A stretch of DNA of 64,000 nt, taken from contig CAWGMA010000001.1 in NCBI GenBank assembly GCA_963823555.1, forward strand, positions 1,536,001-1,600,000, read 5' to 3'. A model generated the notes under the pieces. The model was given only the letters and a program-made list of their open reading frames with translations, had not been told where the DNA came from and ran no database searches. Source of the DNA: Candidatus Eiseniibacteriota bacterium. Its GTDB lineage: Bacteria; Eisenbacteria; RBG-16-71-46; CAVPCR01. Both the position numbers and the translations under genes were made by a program. Positions 1-10,895 of the stretch are shown here, piece by piece (the first letter of the stretch is position 1; each line of letters opens with the position of its first letter).

Positions 1-2
1 GC

Positions 3-572
3 GGGAACACCTTCAAGTCGCTCACGCAGACCGATTCGACGCTCACCTACGCGCACGTGATCCTCTGCGCCGGGGTTGCTCTCAACGGCCCGGGCCTGCT
101 CTCCACCTACCGATTCCAGGGTCTCGCCAACGGGGTGAGCCCGGTCACGATCATCAGCGATCCCGATCGCACGTTCGCCAATGCGGGGATATGGATCAGC
201 CCCGGTCACCCCACCTTCCCGCGGCAGGTGATCTTCCATAACGCGGAAATCCGGGTCGGCCCGCAGTCCGGCATCGACTCGGGCGCCGTGCCACCGCCTA
301 CCTTCCATCTCGGGCAGAACGCGCCGAATCCGTTTCGATCGCTCACCACCATCCCCTTCGAGCTCGCAGCCGATGGTGAGGTCACCTTCGAGATCTTCGA
401 TGTTCTGGGCCGCCGCGTGTGGTCGGATGCGTGGACCCTCACGGCGGGGACCCACACCCTGCGCTGGGATGGAGTCAGTTCCAGCGCCTCAACGCTTCCC
501 AACGGCGTCTACCTCTACCGGTTGACGTCCGCGACCGGGAGCGAGAGCCGCCGTCTCGTCCTCACCCGCTAA
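3..572 (+). CDS. Secreted protein, 5' partial: cohesin-like domain plus FlgD-Ig/T9SS-like C-terminal sorting domain
   Basis: Frame is open from the window edge; ends with LGQNAPNPF...IFDVLGRRV...WDG...GVYLYRL...RRLVLTR*. Confidence 0.8.
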   Translation, partial: GNTFKSLTQTDSTLTYAHVILCAGVALNGPGLLSTYRFQGLANGVSPVTIISDPDRTFANAGIWISPGHPTFPRQVIFHNAEIRVGPQSGIDSGAVPPPTFHLGQNAPNPFRSLTTIPFELAADGEVTFEIFDVLGRRVWSDAWTLTAGTHTLRWDGVSSSASTLPNGVYLYRLTSATGSESRRLVLTR

Positions 573-704
573 AGGTGAGCGCCGACGGCGACTGACTTTC
601 GTATCACGTCGAGGTCTGCTTGCCAGTTCCCCCCAACGAGGCAAGAGATCAACTAGCTGCTAGCGCAGCAGGCCTTGCAGCACGTCCCGGATAGGAGCGC
701 GACC

Positions 705-3700
705 ATGTCGTGGTCAAAAGGGACTTCCGCACGGTCTCACCTCGCAGTAGCCGTACTTACCGCTTGTTTTGGACTCGCAGGCGCTGCCCCAACTCACGCT
801 TTGCCCTTCGATAGCATGCCTCTGCAACCGGTTTCGGTCTCCGCAACGACGGGAGAGAAACCGCAATCGAAGGTCTGGTCCCACGGCGGCCAGTGGTGGT
901 GCGTGCTCCCCGATGGCAGTGGCAGCTGGCTCAGGCGTCTCGACGGCGACACCTGGACCGACGTGCTCCAGCTCTCGACCAACACGGGGACCAAGGCGGA
1001 TGTGAAGGCTGTCGGCGATGACGCCCACGTGCTCCTCTTCGCAGGAGCAACCTCGCAACTCGTCTCCCTGCACTATGGGGCAAATACCTACTCCATCAGC
1101 AGTGGCCCGACGTCGATCACGCTCGACAGTGGTGTGGAGATCGCCACCATCGACATAGACTCGACCGGCCGCATGTGGCTGGCCTCGGATGGCACGACCA
1201 CCATCAACGTCCGCTACAGTGATCCCCCGTACACAGCATGGAGTGGTCCAGAGACCATCGCCACCGGCGTCAGCACCGACGACATCTCGGTCGTCGTCGC
1301 GCTGCCGGCGGAACTGAGCGTGGGTGTCCTCTGGTCGAATCAGGCAACCCGGCGCTTCGGCTTCCGTGTTCACCCGGATGGTTCCCCACCCTCTATCTGG
1401 GGGGACGACGAAGTTCCGGCCTCGCAGTCCGCACAGAACGTCGGGTTGGGCATGGCCGACGATCACCTCAATGTCGCCGTGGCCTCGGACGCCACACTGT
1501 ACGCCGCAGTCAAGACCAGCTATGACACGGCAGGCTATCCCCGCGTGGCGCTCCTCGTCCGCCGGTCCAACGGCCCCGCTCCCGGATCGTGGGACGACCT
1601 CTACAGCGTGGATGAAGCCGGAACCCGCGGCATCGTGCTCCTGGATGAGATCACCGATGTGGTCACGGTCGTCTACACCTCGACCGAGGGTCTCAATGAC
1701 ATCGTCTTCAAGGAGTCTCCAACCTCCGCCATCTCGTTCGGCGCTCGCAGCACGCTCATCGCCGGGTCCAACAACGACGTCACGAGCACCAAGCAGAACA
1801 TCGTCGGCGAGGTGGTTCTCCTCGCCTCGACGGCCACCACGGCGACCGGCGTCCTCCGCTCGAACGCCGCACTCGCCGGGCACTGGCCCATGGACGAGAC
1901 CGGAGGACTTCAAATCCTGGACGTCTCCGGCAATGGCAACGACGGGATTGTCGTCGGCGCACCGGCCAGGGTACCGGGCATCCAGGGTCTGGCCCTCGAT
2001 TTCAATGGCTCGAGCCAGTACGCGACTATCGCACCCGACCCGACGCTCGATATCACCGGGGAGATCACCGTGGCCTGCTGGGTCTATCCCCGCGTTGTCA
2101 ACACCCAGAACCTGATCAAGAAGGCCATCAACGGCAACACCAACGGCTACGAACTGTCACTGGCCTCCTCCACATCCGGATCCGGCCCCAGCAAGTTCTT
2201 CTTCCGTTTCAACCAGCAGTCGAGCGGCGATACCTATCGTGTCAACTCGACGACCAACTATCCCCTGAACACCTGGACTCACATCGCCGGAACCTATGAC
2301 GGCTCGGTGATGCGCCTCTACGTGAACGGCGTGCTCAACAACTCGGTCACCGGCCCGGCTGCGATCGCGAGCAACACGCTTGCGGTCTGCTTTGCGGCTC
2401 AGCCGGATGCCGGGGCCAGCTTCAAGCTCAACGGTCGCATGGATGATGCGCGCATCTTCTCCCGCGCGCTCTCCGCAACGGAGATCGCGGCACTGGCCGA
2501 CGCCGCTCCTCCCACAGTGGCGCTTCTCGCTCCCAACGGTGGTGAGATCTGGCCTGTCGGATCGAGTCAGACCATCTCCTGGACCGCAACCGACATCATC
2601 GGCGTGACGGCCATCGACATCGAATATTCGACCGACTCCGGCGCGAGCTGGGATGTCGTGGCGACGGGTCTGGCTAACAGTGGCACTTTCGCCTGGACCG
2701 TACCAACGACGCCCACGCCGGCAGCCCGGGTCCGAGTCGCCGCGTATGACGCCGCCGGATCCACGACGAGCGACGCGAGTGATACCGACTTCGAGATCCA
2801 GGCCGGTGGCGCTCCGGTGGTCGCCTTGGACGCCCCCAATGGCGGCGAGCTCTGGCCGGTCGGGGCCACCCGCAACATCACCTGGACGGCATCGGACGAC
2901 CAGGGCGTCACCGCCATCGATCTCGAGCTTTCGACCGACAGCGGGTCCTCATGGTCCGACATCGCGGTCGGGCTGGCGAACACCGGCACCTACGCCTGGC
3001 TCGTCCCAACCACTCCGACTAGGGCAGCGCTCGTTCGCGTCACAGCTCATGACGCCGATTTGAACAGCACGAGCGATACGAGCGACGCCGTCTTCGCCAT
3101 CGCCGATCTCGCATCCCCTCTCGCCTACTGGCCATTCGAAGAAGGTGGCGGGCCGGAGATCCTCGATGCTTCCGCTCTCGGCAACGACGGCACCCTCTAC
3201 GGTAGCCCGAGCTGGGCAACCGGCGTCAGAGGGCAATCCCTCGTCTTGAACGGCTCGACCCAGTACGCGCTCGTTCCCGATAACCCGAGCCTCGACCTGA
3301 CCACCGGGATCACGCTGGCCTGCTGGGTCAAGCCCGGACGCGTCGGAACCCAGTACGTCATCAAGAAGGCCATCATCGATGGTGGACCGGGAAGCGATGG
3401 CTACGAACTCTCCCTGGCGACAACCGGGGTCGCCTTTGTCCGCTTCAACCAGGTAGCGTACGCCAACACGTATCGCATCAACGCCACGACGCCCTACCCG
3501 ACCGACGGCACGTGGATGCACCTGGCGGCCACCTTCGACGGGACGGCGATCCGCCTCTATGTCAACGGGACGCAGGAAGGTGCGACGTTGAACATGCCGG
3601 TTCCGATCACCATCAACACCTTGCCACTGGGGATCGGCGCCCAGAGCAACGGGACCACCCCCTTCCAGGGGGCCATGGATGAGGCGCGGGTCTACGGCCG

Positions 3701-6107
3701 AGCGCTCAGCCCGACCGAGGTTCGCATCCTCGCTGATATCACGCCGCCGACCATCACCCTCTCGAGCCCCAACGGCGGCGAGGTATGGCTGGCCGGATCG
3801 ACCCAGGCCATCACCTGGACGGCCGCCGACGACGTGGAACTCGACACCATCGCCCTCGACTTCTCGACCGATGGCGCCTCCTGGTCGTCCATCGCATCCG
3901 GTCTCGCCAACTCCGGTTCATACGACTGGGTCGTGCCTGCCGTGCCGAGCACGACCGTGCGTGTCCGGGCCACGGCCCGGGACGCGGCGACCAACAGCGC
4001 GAGCGATCAGAGCGACGCCGATTTCGAGATCCGGACCGAGTTGCTGCCCGATCTGGCCATCACCCCTTCCCCGCTCGATTTCGGTCCGGTGGTGATCGGC
4101 AGCACGGCCTCGCAGGAGCTGACCTTGACTCACATGGGCGAGATCGATGATCCTCCGATCGAGTTGACCGCCCTCACCCTCGGCGGCTCACCGGCCTACT
4201 CCATTCCGGCGTCTCCGACGCTTCCACTCCTCATCCCACCTCAGGGTTCGGTCGTCCTGACCCTCCAGTTCGCCCCCCTGGATCCCATCGCACATGCCGG
4301 GAACCTCGAGGCGACTCATGACGGCAACAACACCCCGCTCAACGTGGCGCTGCTGGGACAAGGCGTTACCGGAGTGGTGGCTGCTCGTGCCGACGATTGC
4401 ATCACGGCGACTGATCCGTGCCTTTCGGTCGCCGTCGAATACGAGCGCGTCGACGCGATACCGGCTCGGGGCGCTTCCATCCATATCCAGCTCAGCCCCG
4501 AGCTCGAGCTCTGCACACCGGATGATCCGGGACTGAGCATCCTCCAGGGATCATGGCTCGCGAGCTATGCCTCTACCTTCCAGGTCGGTGATCTTGGTGG
4601 AGGCCTGTACATCGTGGACCAGGCCATCCTCGGATCGCCCTGCGGCGCTACGGGAGGCGGTACCCTGTTCACGATCGACGTGAGAGGAACCGTCGCCGAC
4701 GGATCAGGCACGATCGCTGTCGGCAGTGTCGTCGTCCGCGACTGTGTCAATCAGCCAATCGTGACCACCGCCGGCCCAGATGCCGAGGTGGTCATCGATT
4801 CGACCGTACCCGCCCCGGTGGACGACCTTCTCGCCACACAGGTACGGGACGCCAATGAGGGCGACGGGACGACGCAGATCCTGGTGGAATTCACCGTGCC
4901 GGGGGGAACCGACTCGGTCGAGGTCTGGCGGGCTCCTTTCGGCGACTATCCGGAGTACGACGATGGCCTGGGCTCGGTCCCTGCGGTCCCCTCGTACCCC
5001 CCGCCATCTCCCTGGGAGCACACGACGGTGCCGACCGGGGGCGGAACGGACGAGCCACCGACGCGGGACTTCTGGTACTACGTGGCCTTCGCGCGCGATG
5101 CATGCGGCAACATCTCGCCTGTATCGGAGACGACAGGCGGGACTCTCAATTACCATCTCGGTGACGTCACGGATGGCACGAGCCCCGGCAGCGGCGACAA
5201 CCTGGTCACAGCGGTCGATGTCACGCTGCTCGGAAACCACTACGGCGAGGTTTCCACCGACCCGGAATGGCTCAACTATCTCGACGTGGGGCCAACCACG
5301 GACTACTCCGTCCACTCTCGACCGACAACCGACAATGCAGTCGGCTTCGAAGACCTCATGCTCTTCGCAGTCAACTTTGGCCAGGTCGGTCTTGCTGCGA
5401 GTCCATCAGAGATCGCCGACGCTCCGCCGCCGCCGCCGCAACTGGTTCTGCGTACAGAAGTCACTCCAGGCGGCCTCATCGCCCACCTCTTCCTTGAAGA
5501 AAACAGCGGGCAAGTGAAGGGCATTCATGCGGTTGTGGATTTCGATCTCGCCTCACTCGTCCTGGAACGGGTTCACGAGGGCTCGCTCCTCGCCGGTCAG
5601 GGCAACCCGATCTTCTTCACCCATCGCAACGAGGAGGGGGTGGGCATCCATGCGGCCATTCTCGGCGCCGATGTCACCCTACAGGGATCGGGAGAGATCG
5701 CGACCCTCTTCTTCCGCGGCCAGGGCGCGATGCACATCCGGCAGGCGGATCTGCGCGACGCTCGGAACGGCTTCCTGGGCGCCCCGCCGACCTCGACTGG
5801 GGTCGAAGCGCCAACGGCTCCCACCCCCACTCGCTTCGAGCTCCTGGGGGCGCAACCCAATCCCTTCAATCCCACGACGACGTTCCGCTTCCTGCTTCCC
5901 GAAGCAGCTTCCGCCGAACTCCTGATCTACGATGTGGCCGGCAAACTAGTACGCACGGTGTTGCAGGCCGAACTGGCCCCCGGCGAATACCTCGCCACCT
6001 GGGATGGCCGGAATGACCGCGGGCGGGCCGTGACCTCCGGCGTCTACCTCCTCCACCTGCGGGCCGGGAACAGGGAAGCTACGCGGAAGCTCCAGCTAGT
6101 CAAGTAA
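705..6107 (+). CDS. Large secreted multidomain protein: signal peptide, propeller-like N-domain, 2x LamG, 3x PNGGE Ig-like repeats, ASH-like, cohesin-like, dockerin-like, FlgD-Ig tail
   Basis: AGGAG at 693-697 precedes ATG 705; LamG motifs WTHIAGTYDG..LYVNG and WMHLAATFDG..LYVNG; three PNGGE-W repeats; PNPFNPTT...GVY tail. Confidence 0.85.
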   Translation: MSWSKGTSARSHLAVAVLTACFGLAGAAPTHALPFDSMPLQPVSVSATTGEKPQSKVWSHGGQWWCVLPDGSGSWLRRLDGDTWTDVLQLSTNTGTKADVKAVGDDAHVLLFAGATSQLVSLHYGANTYSISSGPTSITLDSGVEIATIDIDSTGRMWLASDGTTTINVRYSDPPYTAWSGPETIATGVSTDDISVVVALPAELSVGVLWSNQATRRFGFRVHPDGSPPSIWGDDEVPASQSAQNVGLGMADDHLNVAVASDATLYAAVKTSYDTAGYPRVALLVRRSNGPAPGSWDDLYSVDEAGTRGIVLLDEITDVVTVVYTSTEGLNDIVFKESPTSAISFGARSTLIAGSNNDVTSTKQNIVGEVVLLASTATTATGVLRSNAALAGHWPMDETGGLQILDVSGNGNDGIVVGAPARVPGIQGLALDFNGSSQYATIAPDPTLDITGEITVACWVYPRVVNTQNLIKKAINGNTNGYELSLASSTSGSGPSKFFFRFNQQSSGDTYRVNSTTNYPLNTWTHIAGTYDGSVMRLYVNGVLNNSVTGPAAIASNTLAVCFAAQPDAGASFKLNGRMDDARIFSRALSATEIAALADAAPPTVALLAPNGGEIWPVGSSQTISWTATDIIGVTAIDIEYSTDSGASWDVVATGLANSGTFAWTVPTTPTPAARVRVAAYDAAGSTTSDASDTDFEIQAGGAPVVALDAPNGGELWPVGATRNITWTASDDQGVTAIDLELSTDSGSSWSDIAVGLANTGTYAWLVPTTPTRAALVRVTAHDADLNSTSDTSDAVFAIADLASPLAYWPFEEGGGPEILDASALGNDGTLYGSPSWATGVRGQSLVLNGSTQYALVPDNPSLDLTTGITLACWVKPGRVGTQYVIKKAIIDGGPGSDGYELSLATTGVAFVRFNQVAYANTYRINATTPYPTDGTWMHLAATFDGTAIRLYVNGTQEGATLNMPVPITINTLPLGIGAQSNGTTPFQGAMDEARVYGRALSPTEVRILADITPPTITLSSPNGGEVWLAGSTQAITWTAADDVELDTIALDFSTDGASWSSIASGLANSGSYDWVVPAVPSTTVRVRATARDAATNSASDQSDADFEIRTELLPDLAITPSPLDFGPVVIGSTASQELTLTHMGEIDDPPIELTALTLGGSPAYSIPASPTLPLLIPPQGSVVLTLQFAPLDPIAHAGNLEATHDGNNTPLNVALLGQGVTGVVAARADDCITATDPCLSVAVEYERVDAIPARGASIHIQLSPELELCTPDDPGLSILQGSWLASYASTFQVGDLGGGLYIVDQAILGSPCGATGGGTLFTIDVRGTVADGSGTIAVGSVVVRDCVNQPIVTTAGPDAEVVIDSTVPAPVDDLLATQVRDANEGDGTTQILVEFTVPGGTDSVEVWRAPFGDYPEYDDGLGSVPAVPSYPPPSPWEHTTVPTGGGTDEPPTRDFWYYVAFARDACGNISPVSETTGGTLNYHLGDVTDGTSPGSGDNLVTAVDVTLLGNHYGEVSTDPEWLNYLDVGPTTDYSVHSRPTTDNAVGFEDLMLFAVNFGQVGLAASPSEIADAPPPPPQLVLRTEVTPGGLIAHLFLEENSGQVKGIHAVVDFDLASLVLERVHEGSLLAGQGNPIFFTHRNEEGVGIHAAILGADVTLQGSGEIATLFFRGQGAMHIRQADLRDARNGFLGAPPTSTGVEAPTAPTPTRFELLGAQPNPFNPTTTFRFLLPEAASAELLIYDVAGKLVRTVLQAELAPGEYLATWDGRNDRGRAVTSGVYLLHLRAGNREATRKLQLVK

Positions 6108-6146
6108 CGCGCTGTAGACAGCTTGGGATAGGCCCGGGCTGCAGCA

Positions 6147-6178
6147 AGGGCCCGGGGTGCCAAGGCACCCCGGGCCCT
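6147..6178. terminator. Strong hairpin between convergent units (probable terminator)
   Basis: Perfect inverted repeat AGGGCCCGGGGTGCC-aa-GGCACCCCGGGCCCT; no clear U-tract. Confidence 0.6.
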
Positions 6179-6198
6179 CACAGTTCTGTCTCTCCGAT

Positions 6199-6433
6199 TC
6201 AACGCTCGAGCTTGAGCAGGCGCAGAACCACTGCCTGCCCTCCGCTCGACAGTTCACAGAAGTACACGCCCGGCAAGTGGCGACTCATTCGCGATTCCGG
6301 CCGCCATCAGCCCATGGGGTCCGTGCCCATTCGGATTCACGCCATGGCAGACCCGGCAGTCCCGCAATGTACCCGCCACCCCTTGCAGTGCCATCACTTG
6401 CCTGTTGTCACGTTCCTCTCTCGTTGCGGTCCA
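6199..6433 (-). pseudogene. Relic of a cytochrome c gene with a FlgD/T9SS-like tail
   Basis: One frame reads REERDNRQVMALQGVAGTLRDCRVCHGVNPNGHGPHG (CxxCH at 6344-6358); another frame reads PGVYFCELSSGGQAVVLRLLKLER* ending at 6199. Confidence 0.6.
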
Positions 6434-6452
6434 GGTCGCGCAGGAACGGTGC

Positions 6453-7178
6453 CTAGAACCGGTATCCCGCCGACAGGCCGAACGACAGGTTCTCCCGGTA
6501 CTCGATCTCCCCTGCCGCCTCGAGGCCGCGCCAGACGCGGATCGCGCCCCCGCCGAGGAGCTCCAAGTTCTTGCGCGTCTCCCCGCGCGCCGGGAACGGG
6601 CTGTAGGACGGAGCGTACTCGAGAAAATCGTGCCGCGAGTAGATGAGGCCCGCATACAACCGGAGCGGCATCTCGTGCACGGTGAGCAGGCGCCCGAACG
6701 TTCCGTGGGCCACGTAGTTTCGCTCGAGCTTGTGGGTCTGTGAAGTCGAGCGGTCGAACCCGATCGACTCCCGGTACTGCCCCCCGGCGATCACGTCCCA
6801 GCGCCCGCTCGGCGCCAGGTAGAGACGGCTACGTATGCCGAGTGCCACGTTCCACGTCATGTAGTCGCGTTCGGAATAGCGGTCCTGCGCGTTGTGGGCG
6901 CGACCAATCAGGAGCCCGAGCTCGATCCACTCCTCGTAGAGACCGAACTGCGCCTCCATGGCGCTGAACCCGAAGGTATCGTCCTGATTGGAGAGCGCAT
7001 CGGCCTCGACGTCGTACACGTCGCGCTCGTACTGGCGGGTCATGAGCCCGAGCTGGATGTCGCCACGGGGCACGACCGGACTGCCGAAGACGGCGGCAGC
7101 AGGCCGCGGCACGAGGAGAAGGACCACCAGCCCGGCGGCCGCGATCGCGAAGGCGGCGGCGTACCCACGAAAACGCAT
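6453..7178 (-). CDS. Outer-membrane beta-barrel protein, hypothetical
   Basis: GGAGG RBS, signal peptide, alternating beta-strand pattern, C-terminal FGLSAGYRF. Confidence 0.75.
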   Translation of the reverse strand: MRFRGYAAAFAIAAAGLVVLLLVPRPAAAVFGSPVVPRGDIQLGLMTRQYERDVYDVEADALSNQDDTFGFSAMEAQFGLYEEWIELGLLIGRAHNAQDRYSERDYMTWNVALGIRSRLYLAPSGRWDVIAGGQYRESIGFDRSTSQTHKLERNYVAHGTFGRLLTVHEMPLRLYAGLIYSRHDFLEYAPSYSPFPARGETRKNLELLGGGAIRVWRGLEAAGEIEYRENLSFGLSAGYRF

Positions 7179-7231
7179 GTTTCCTCCAGGCGGGGGACCA
7201 TCAGAGGAGAAACGGAAATCGGCGGCCTGCT

Positions 7232-10123
7232 TCATGTTGCCGCACCGGCGGGGATGCCGCGGGCCCCGCGGCCCGACTCGAGCCCGGCGCGCAGGGCCGC
7301 ACCGGTGTGCGAGGCCTCCGCGCGGGCCACATCCTCGGGGGTGCCGGCGGCAACGATCCTACCACCTCCCTCCCCACCCTCGGGCCCGAGGTCAACGAGC
7401 CAGTCGGCAGCTCGAATCACGTCGAGGTGATGCTCGATAACCACCACCGTATTACCGAGATCCACCAGCCGCTCGAGGACCTCCAGGAGCTGGCGGACGT
7501 CATCGAAGTGGAGACCGGTCGTGGGCTCATCGAGGATGTAGAGGGTGCGCCCGGTGGCGATCTTGGAGAGCTCGGTCGCCAGCTTCACGCGCTGCGCCTC
7601 GCCTCCGGAGAGCGTGGTGGCCGGTTGCCCGAGGTGGATATAACCGAGACCGACTCCCTTGAGGGTTCCGAGGCGCCGCGCCAGCGCGGGAAAGGCCGCG
7701 AAGAAGTCGCAGGCCTCCTCCACGGTCATGGCGAGGACATCGGCGATCGAGGCCCCGCGGTAGCGGACCTCCAGGGTCTCGCGGCTGAAGCGCTTCCCGC
7801 GGCAGACATCGCAGGTCACGAAAACATCGGGCAGGAAGTGCATCTCGATCTTCGTGACTCCGTCCCCGGCGCAGGCCTCGCAGCGGCCGCCCTTCACGTT
7901 GAAGCTGAAGCGGCCCGGTCCGTAGCCGCGCACACGCGACTCCGGGAGCTGGGCGAAGAGCGCCCGGATCGGATCGAAGGACCCGGTGTAGGTCGCCGGG
8001 TTCGAGCGCGGAGTGCGCCCGATCGGCGACTGGTCGATATCGACGACCTTGTCGATGTGCTCCGTACCCTCGATGCGCTCGTGGGCGCCGGGCGGATTGC
8101 CGGCCCGGTAGAGGAGCCGCGCCAGGGCCCGGTGGAGGACGTCGTTGACGAGGGTCGACTTGCCCGACCCCGAGACGCCGGTCACGCAGGTGAAGGTGCC
8201 CAGCGGGATCGTGACGTCGATCGACTTGAGATTGTTGGCCCGCGCCCCCACCACCCGGATCGTCTTGCCGTTTCCCGGCCGTCTATCGGCCCGGGTCGGG
8301 ATGGTGCGGGCCCGCGACAGGTAGAGCCCGGTGAGGGACCTGGCATCGGCTTCGACCGACTCGGGGGTGCCGGCGGCCACGACCTCGCCCCCGTGCAGAC
8401 CAGCGCCGGGACCGAGATCGAGCACGTAGTCCGCGGCCTCGATCGTGTCCCGGTCGTGCTCGACGACGAGGACCGTGTTGCCCAGGTCCCGGAGACCGGC
8501 GAGCGTGCGCAGCAGCCGCCCCGTATCCCGGGGATGGAGGCCGATCGAAGGCTCATCGAGAACATAGAGGACCCCGGTCAGCCGTGAGCCGACCTGGGTC
8601 GCCAGGCGGATGCGCTGGGCCTCCCCACCGGAGAGGGTCGCCGCCGAGCGATCCAGGGTGAGGTAGTCGAGACCGACGTCGTCGAGGAATCGCAGGCGGT
8701 CGCGGATCTCCTTGATGGCATCCCGGGCGATGGTCGTCTCGCGCTCCGTCAGGGTGAGCCCGTCGAGAAACGATCTGGCCTCGCCGACCGAGAAGGCCGT
8801 CACCGCTCCGATCGAGCACCCGCCGACCTGCACCGCGAGGCTCTCCGCTCGCAATCGCTGGCCACCACAGGCAGCGCAGGGTCGCGGCGACATGAAGCCC
8901 CCGATCCACTCCCGGATCATGTTCGAGCTCGTCTGCCGGTATCGCCGCTCGAGGCTCGGGATCACGCCCTCGAACGGGCGGCGGATCTTGGCGCTCATCC
9001 GCTTCGACTTCCAGCTGAAGTCGATCTCGTCCTTGCCCGAGCCGTAGAGCAGGAGGTCGCGCACCCGCTTCGGGAGCTTTCCGAACGGCGCCTCGAGCGA
9101 GAACCGGTAGTGGCGGGCGAGGGTGGCAAGCATGGCCCCGTACCACTTGGCATCGGCGCTCCGCCAGGGCTTGAGCGCACCCTCGCTGACGGCAAGGCGC
9201 GGATCCGGAACCACGAGCTCCGGATCGACCTCGAGGTGAGTTCCGAGCCCATCGCATTCGCGGCAGGCCCCGTAGGGGCTGTTGAAGGAGAAGTTGCGGG
9301 GCTCGAGCGACTCGAAGGAGAGACCGCACTGGAGACAGGCGGCGCTCTCCGAGAAGAGAATCTCCTCCGCATCGCCCACCGCCACGACCGCGGTGCCGCC
9401 ACCGGCCCGGAGCGCCGTCTCGAGGGAGTCGTGGTAACGGCTCCGCTTCCCCGGATCCGCGGGCAGCCGGTCGATGACGAGCTCGATCGTGTGCTTGCGC
9501 TTCTTGTCGAGGACGACATCCCCGCCGTCGAGGTCCACAAGCTCGCCGTCGATCCGGGCGCGGGGGAATCCGCCGCGGCGGGCATCGGCCAGGATCTCCG
9601 CGTGCTCGCCCTTCCGACCTCGCACCACGGGAGCCAGGATCACGAGGCGGATGCCGGGGGGCTGCGCGAGGAGCCGATCGACCATCTCCTCGACCGTTTG
9701 TCGCCCGATCTCCCGACCACACTTCGGGCAATGCTGCCGGCCGATACGCGCAAAGAGGAGGCGCAGGTGATCATAGATCTCGGTCGTCGTCGCCACGGTC
9801 GAGCGCGGATTGCGCGCCGCGGTCCGCTGCTCGATGGCGATTGCCGGGGACAGCCCGTCGATCGAGTCGACATCGGGCTTCTCCATCTGGCCCAGGAACT
9901 GGCGGGCGTAGGCGGAGAGGCTCTCGACGTAGCGGCGCTGGCCCTCGGCGTAGATCGTATCGAAGGCAAGCGAGGACTTCCCCGAACCCGACACCCCGGT
10001 GATCACGGTGAGCGTGTTCCGCGGGATGTCGATGTCGATATTCTTGAGGTTGTGTTCGCGCGCGCCGCGCACCGAGATCCGATCCACGGCACCATGATCG
10101 CTCAGGGGAGGTCGTGAGATCAA
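7232..10123 (-). CDS. uvrA: Excinuclease ABC subunit A
   Basis: GAREHNLK, two GVSGSGKS Walker A motifs, two LSGGEAQR motifs, Zn fingers. Confidence 0.98.
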   Translation of the reverse strand: MISRPPLSDHGAVDRISVRGAREHNLKNIDIDIPRNTLTVITGVSGSGKSSLAFDTIYAEGQRRYVESLSAYARQFLGQMEKPDVDSIDGLSPAIAIEQRTAARNPRSTVATTTEIYDHLRLLFARIGRQHCPKCGREIGRQTVEEMVDRLLAQPPGIRLVILAPVVRGRKGEHAEILADARRGGFPRARIDGELVDLDGGDVVLDKKRKHTIELVIDRLPADPGKRSRYHDSLETALRAGGGTAVVAVGDAEEILFSESAACLQCGLSFESLEPRNFSFNSPYGACRECDGLGTHLEVDPELVVPDPRLAVSEGALKPWRSADAKWYGAMLATLARHYRFSLEAPFGKLPKRVRDLLLYGSGKDEIDFSWKSKRMSAKIRRPFEGVIPSLERRYRQTSSNMIREWIGGFMSPRPCAACGGQRLRAESLAVQVGGCSIGAVTAFSVGEARSFLDGLTLTERETTIARDAIKEIRDRLRFLDDVGLDYLTLDRSAATLSGGEAQRIRLATQVGSRLTGVLYVLDEPSIGLHPRDTGRLLRTLAGLRDLGNTVLVVEHDRDTIEAADYVLDLGPGAGLHGGEVVAAGTPESVEADARSLTGLYLSRARTIPTRADRRPGNGKTIRVVGARANNLKSIDVTIPLGTFTCVTGVSGSGKSTLVNDVLHRALARLLYRAGNPPGAHERIEGTEHIDKVVDIDQSPIGRTPRSNPATYTGSFDPIRALFAQLPESRVRGYGPGRFSFNVKGGRCEACAGDGVTKIEMHFLPDVFVTCDVCRGKRFSRETLEVRYRGASIADVLAMTVEEACDFFAAFPALARRLGTLKGVGLGYIHLGQPATTLSGGEAQRVKLATELSKIATGRTLYILDEPTTGLHFDDVRQLLEVLERLVDLGNTVVVIEHHLDVIRAADWLVDLGPEGGEGGGRIVAAGTPEDVARAEASHTGAALRAGLESGRGARGIPAGAAT

Positions 10124-10136
10124 GCCGGACTAACGG

Positions 10137-10877
10137 CTAGGTTGCCGCCATCTGCCGTCCGCGAGCCTCGTCGGAAGCCACCTTGCCGTCCATCAGGCGT
10201 ACGGACCGGCGGGCGTGGTTCGCGATGTCCTCCTCGTGCGTGACGAGGATGATGGTGTTCCCGAGCTGGTGGATCTCGTCGACCGCGCGCATGATCTCGT
10301 TCGAGGTCTTGGAGTCGAGGTTGCCCGTGGGCTCGTCGGCGAGGATGAGCGATGGCTCGTTGACCAGGGCCCGGGCGATCGCCACCCGCTGGCGCTGGCC
10401 GCCCGAAAGCTGAGCCGGTCGGTGGTGCGCCCGGTCGCGGAGGCCTACCGTCTCGAGCGCCCGCCACACCCGCTCCTTCCGATCGGCGGGTGACATGCCC
10501 GAGTAGATGAGCGGCAGCTCGACATTGTGGAAGGTGTCCGCCCGGGGCAGCAGGTTGAAGGTCTGGAAGACGAACCCGATCTCGCGGTTCCGGATGCGAG
10601 CCAGCTCGTCGTCGTTGAGCTCCTGGATCTCGATGCCCTTGAAGCGATAGGAACCCCCGCTCGGCGTGTCGAGGCACCCGATGACGTTCATCATCGTCGA
10701 CTTGCCCGATCCGGAGGGTCCCATGATGGCGACGTACTCGCCGCGACGGATGACGAGATCGACACCGTCGAGCGCGCGCACCTCTTCGCCGCCCATGGGG
10801 TAGACCTTGAAGACTCTCTCGAACTCGATCAGCGGTTCGCCCGCCGCCACCGTCCGCTCGACCTGTGCCGTCGACAT
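10137..10877 (-). CDS. ABC transporter ATP-binding protein (MacB/LolD type)
   Basis: [33 protein letters not shown]. Confidence 0.95.
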   Translation of the reverse strand: MSTAQVERTVAAGEPLIEFERVFKVYPMGGEEVRALDGVDLVIRRGEYVAIMGPSGSGKSTMMNVIGCLDTPSGGSYRFKGIEIQELNDDELARIRNREIGFVFQTFNLLPRADTFHNVELPLIYSGMSPADRKERVWRALETVGLRDRAHHRPAQLSGGQRQRVAIARALVNEPSLILADEPTGNLDSKTSNEIMRAVDEIHQLGNTIILVTHEEDIANHARRSVRLMDGKVASDEARGRQMAAT

Positions 10878-10895
10878 GATCGTCTCCGATTCTTG

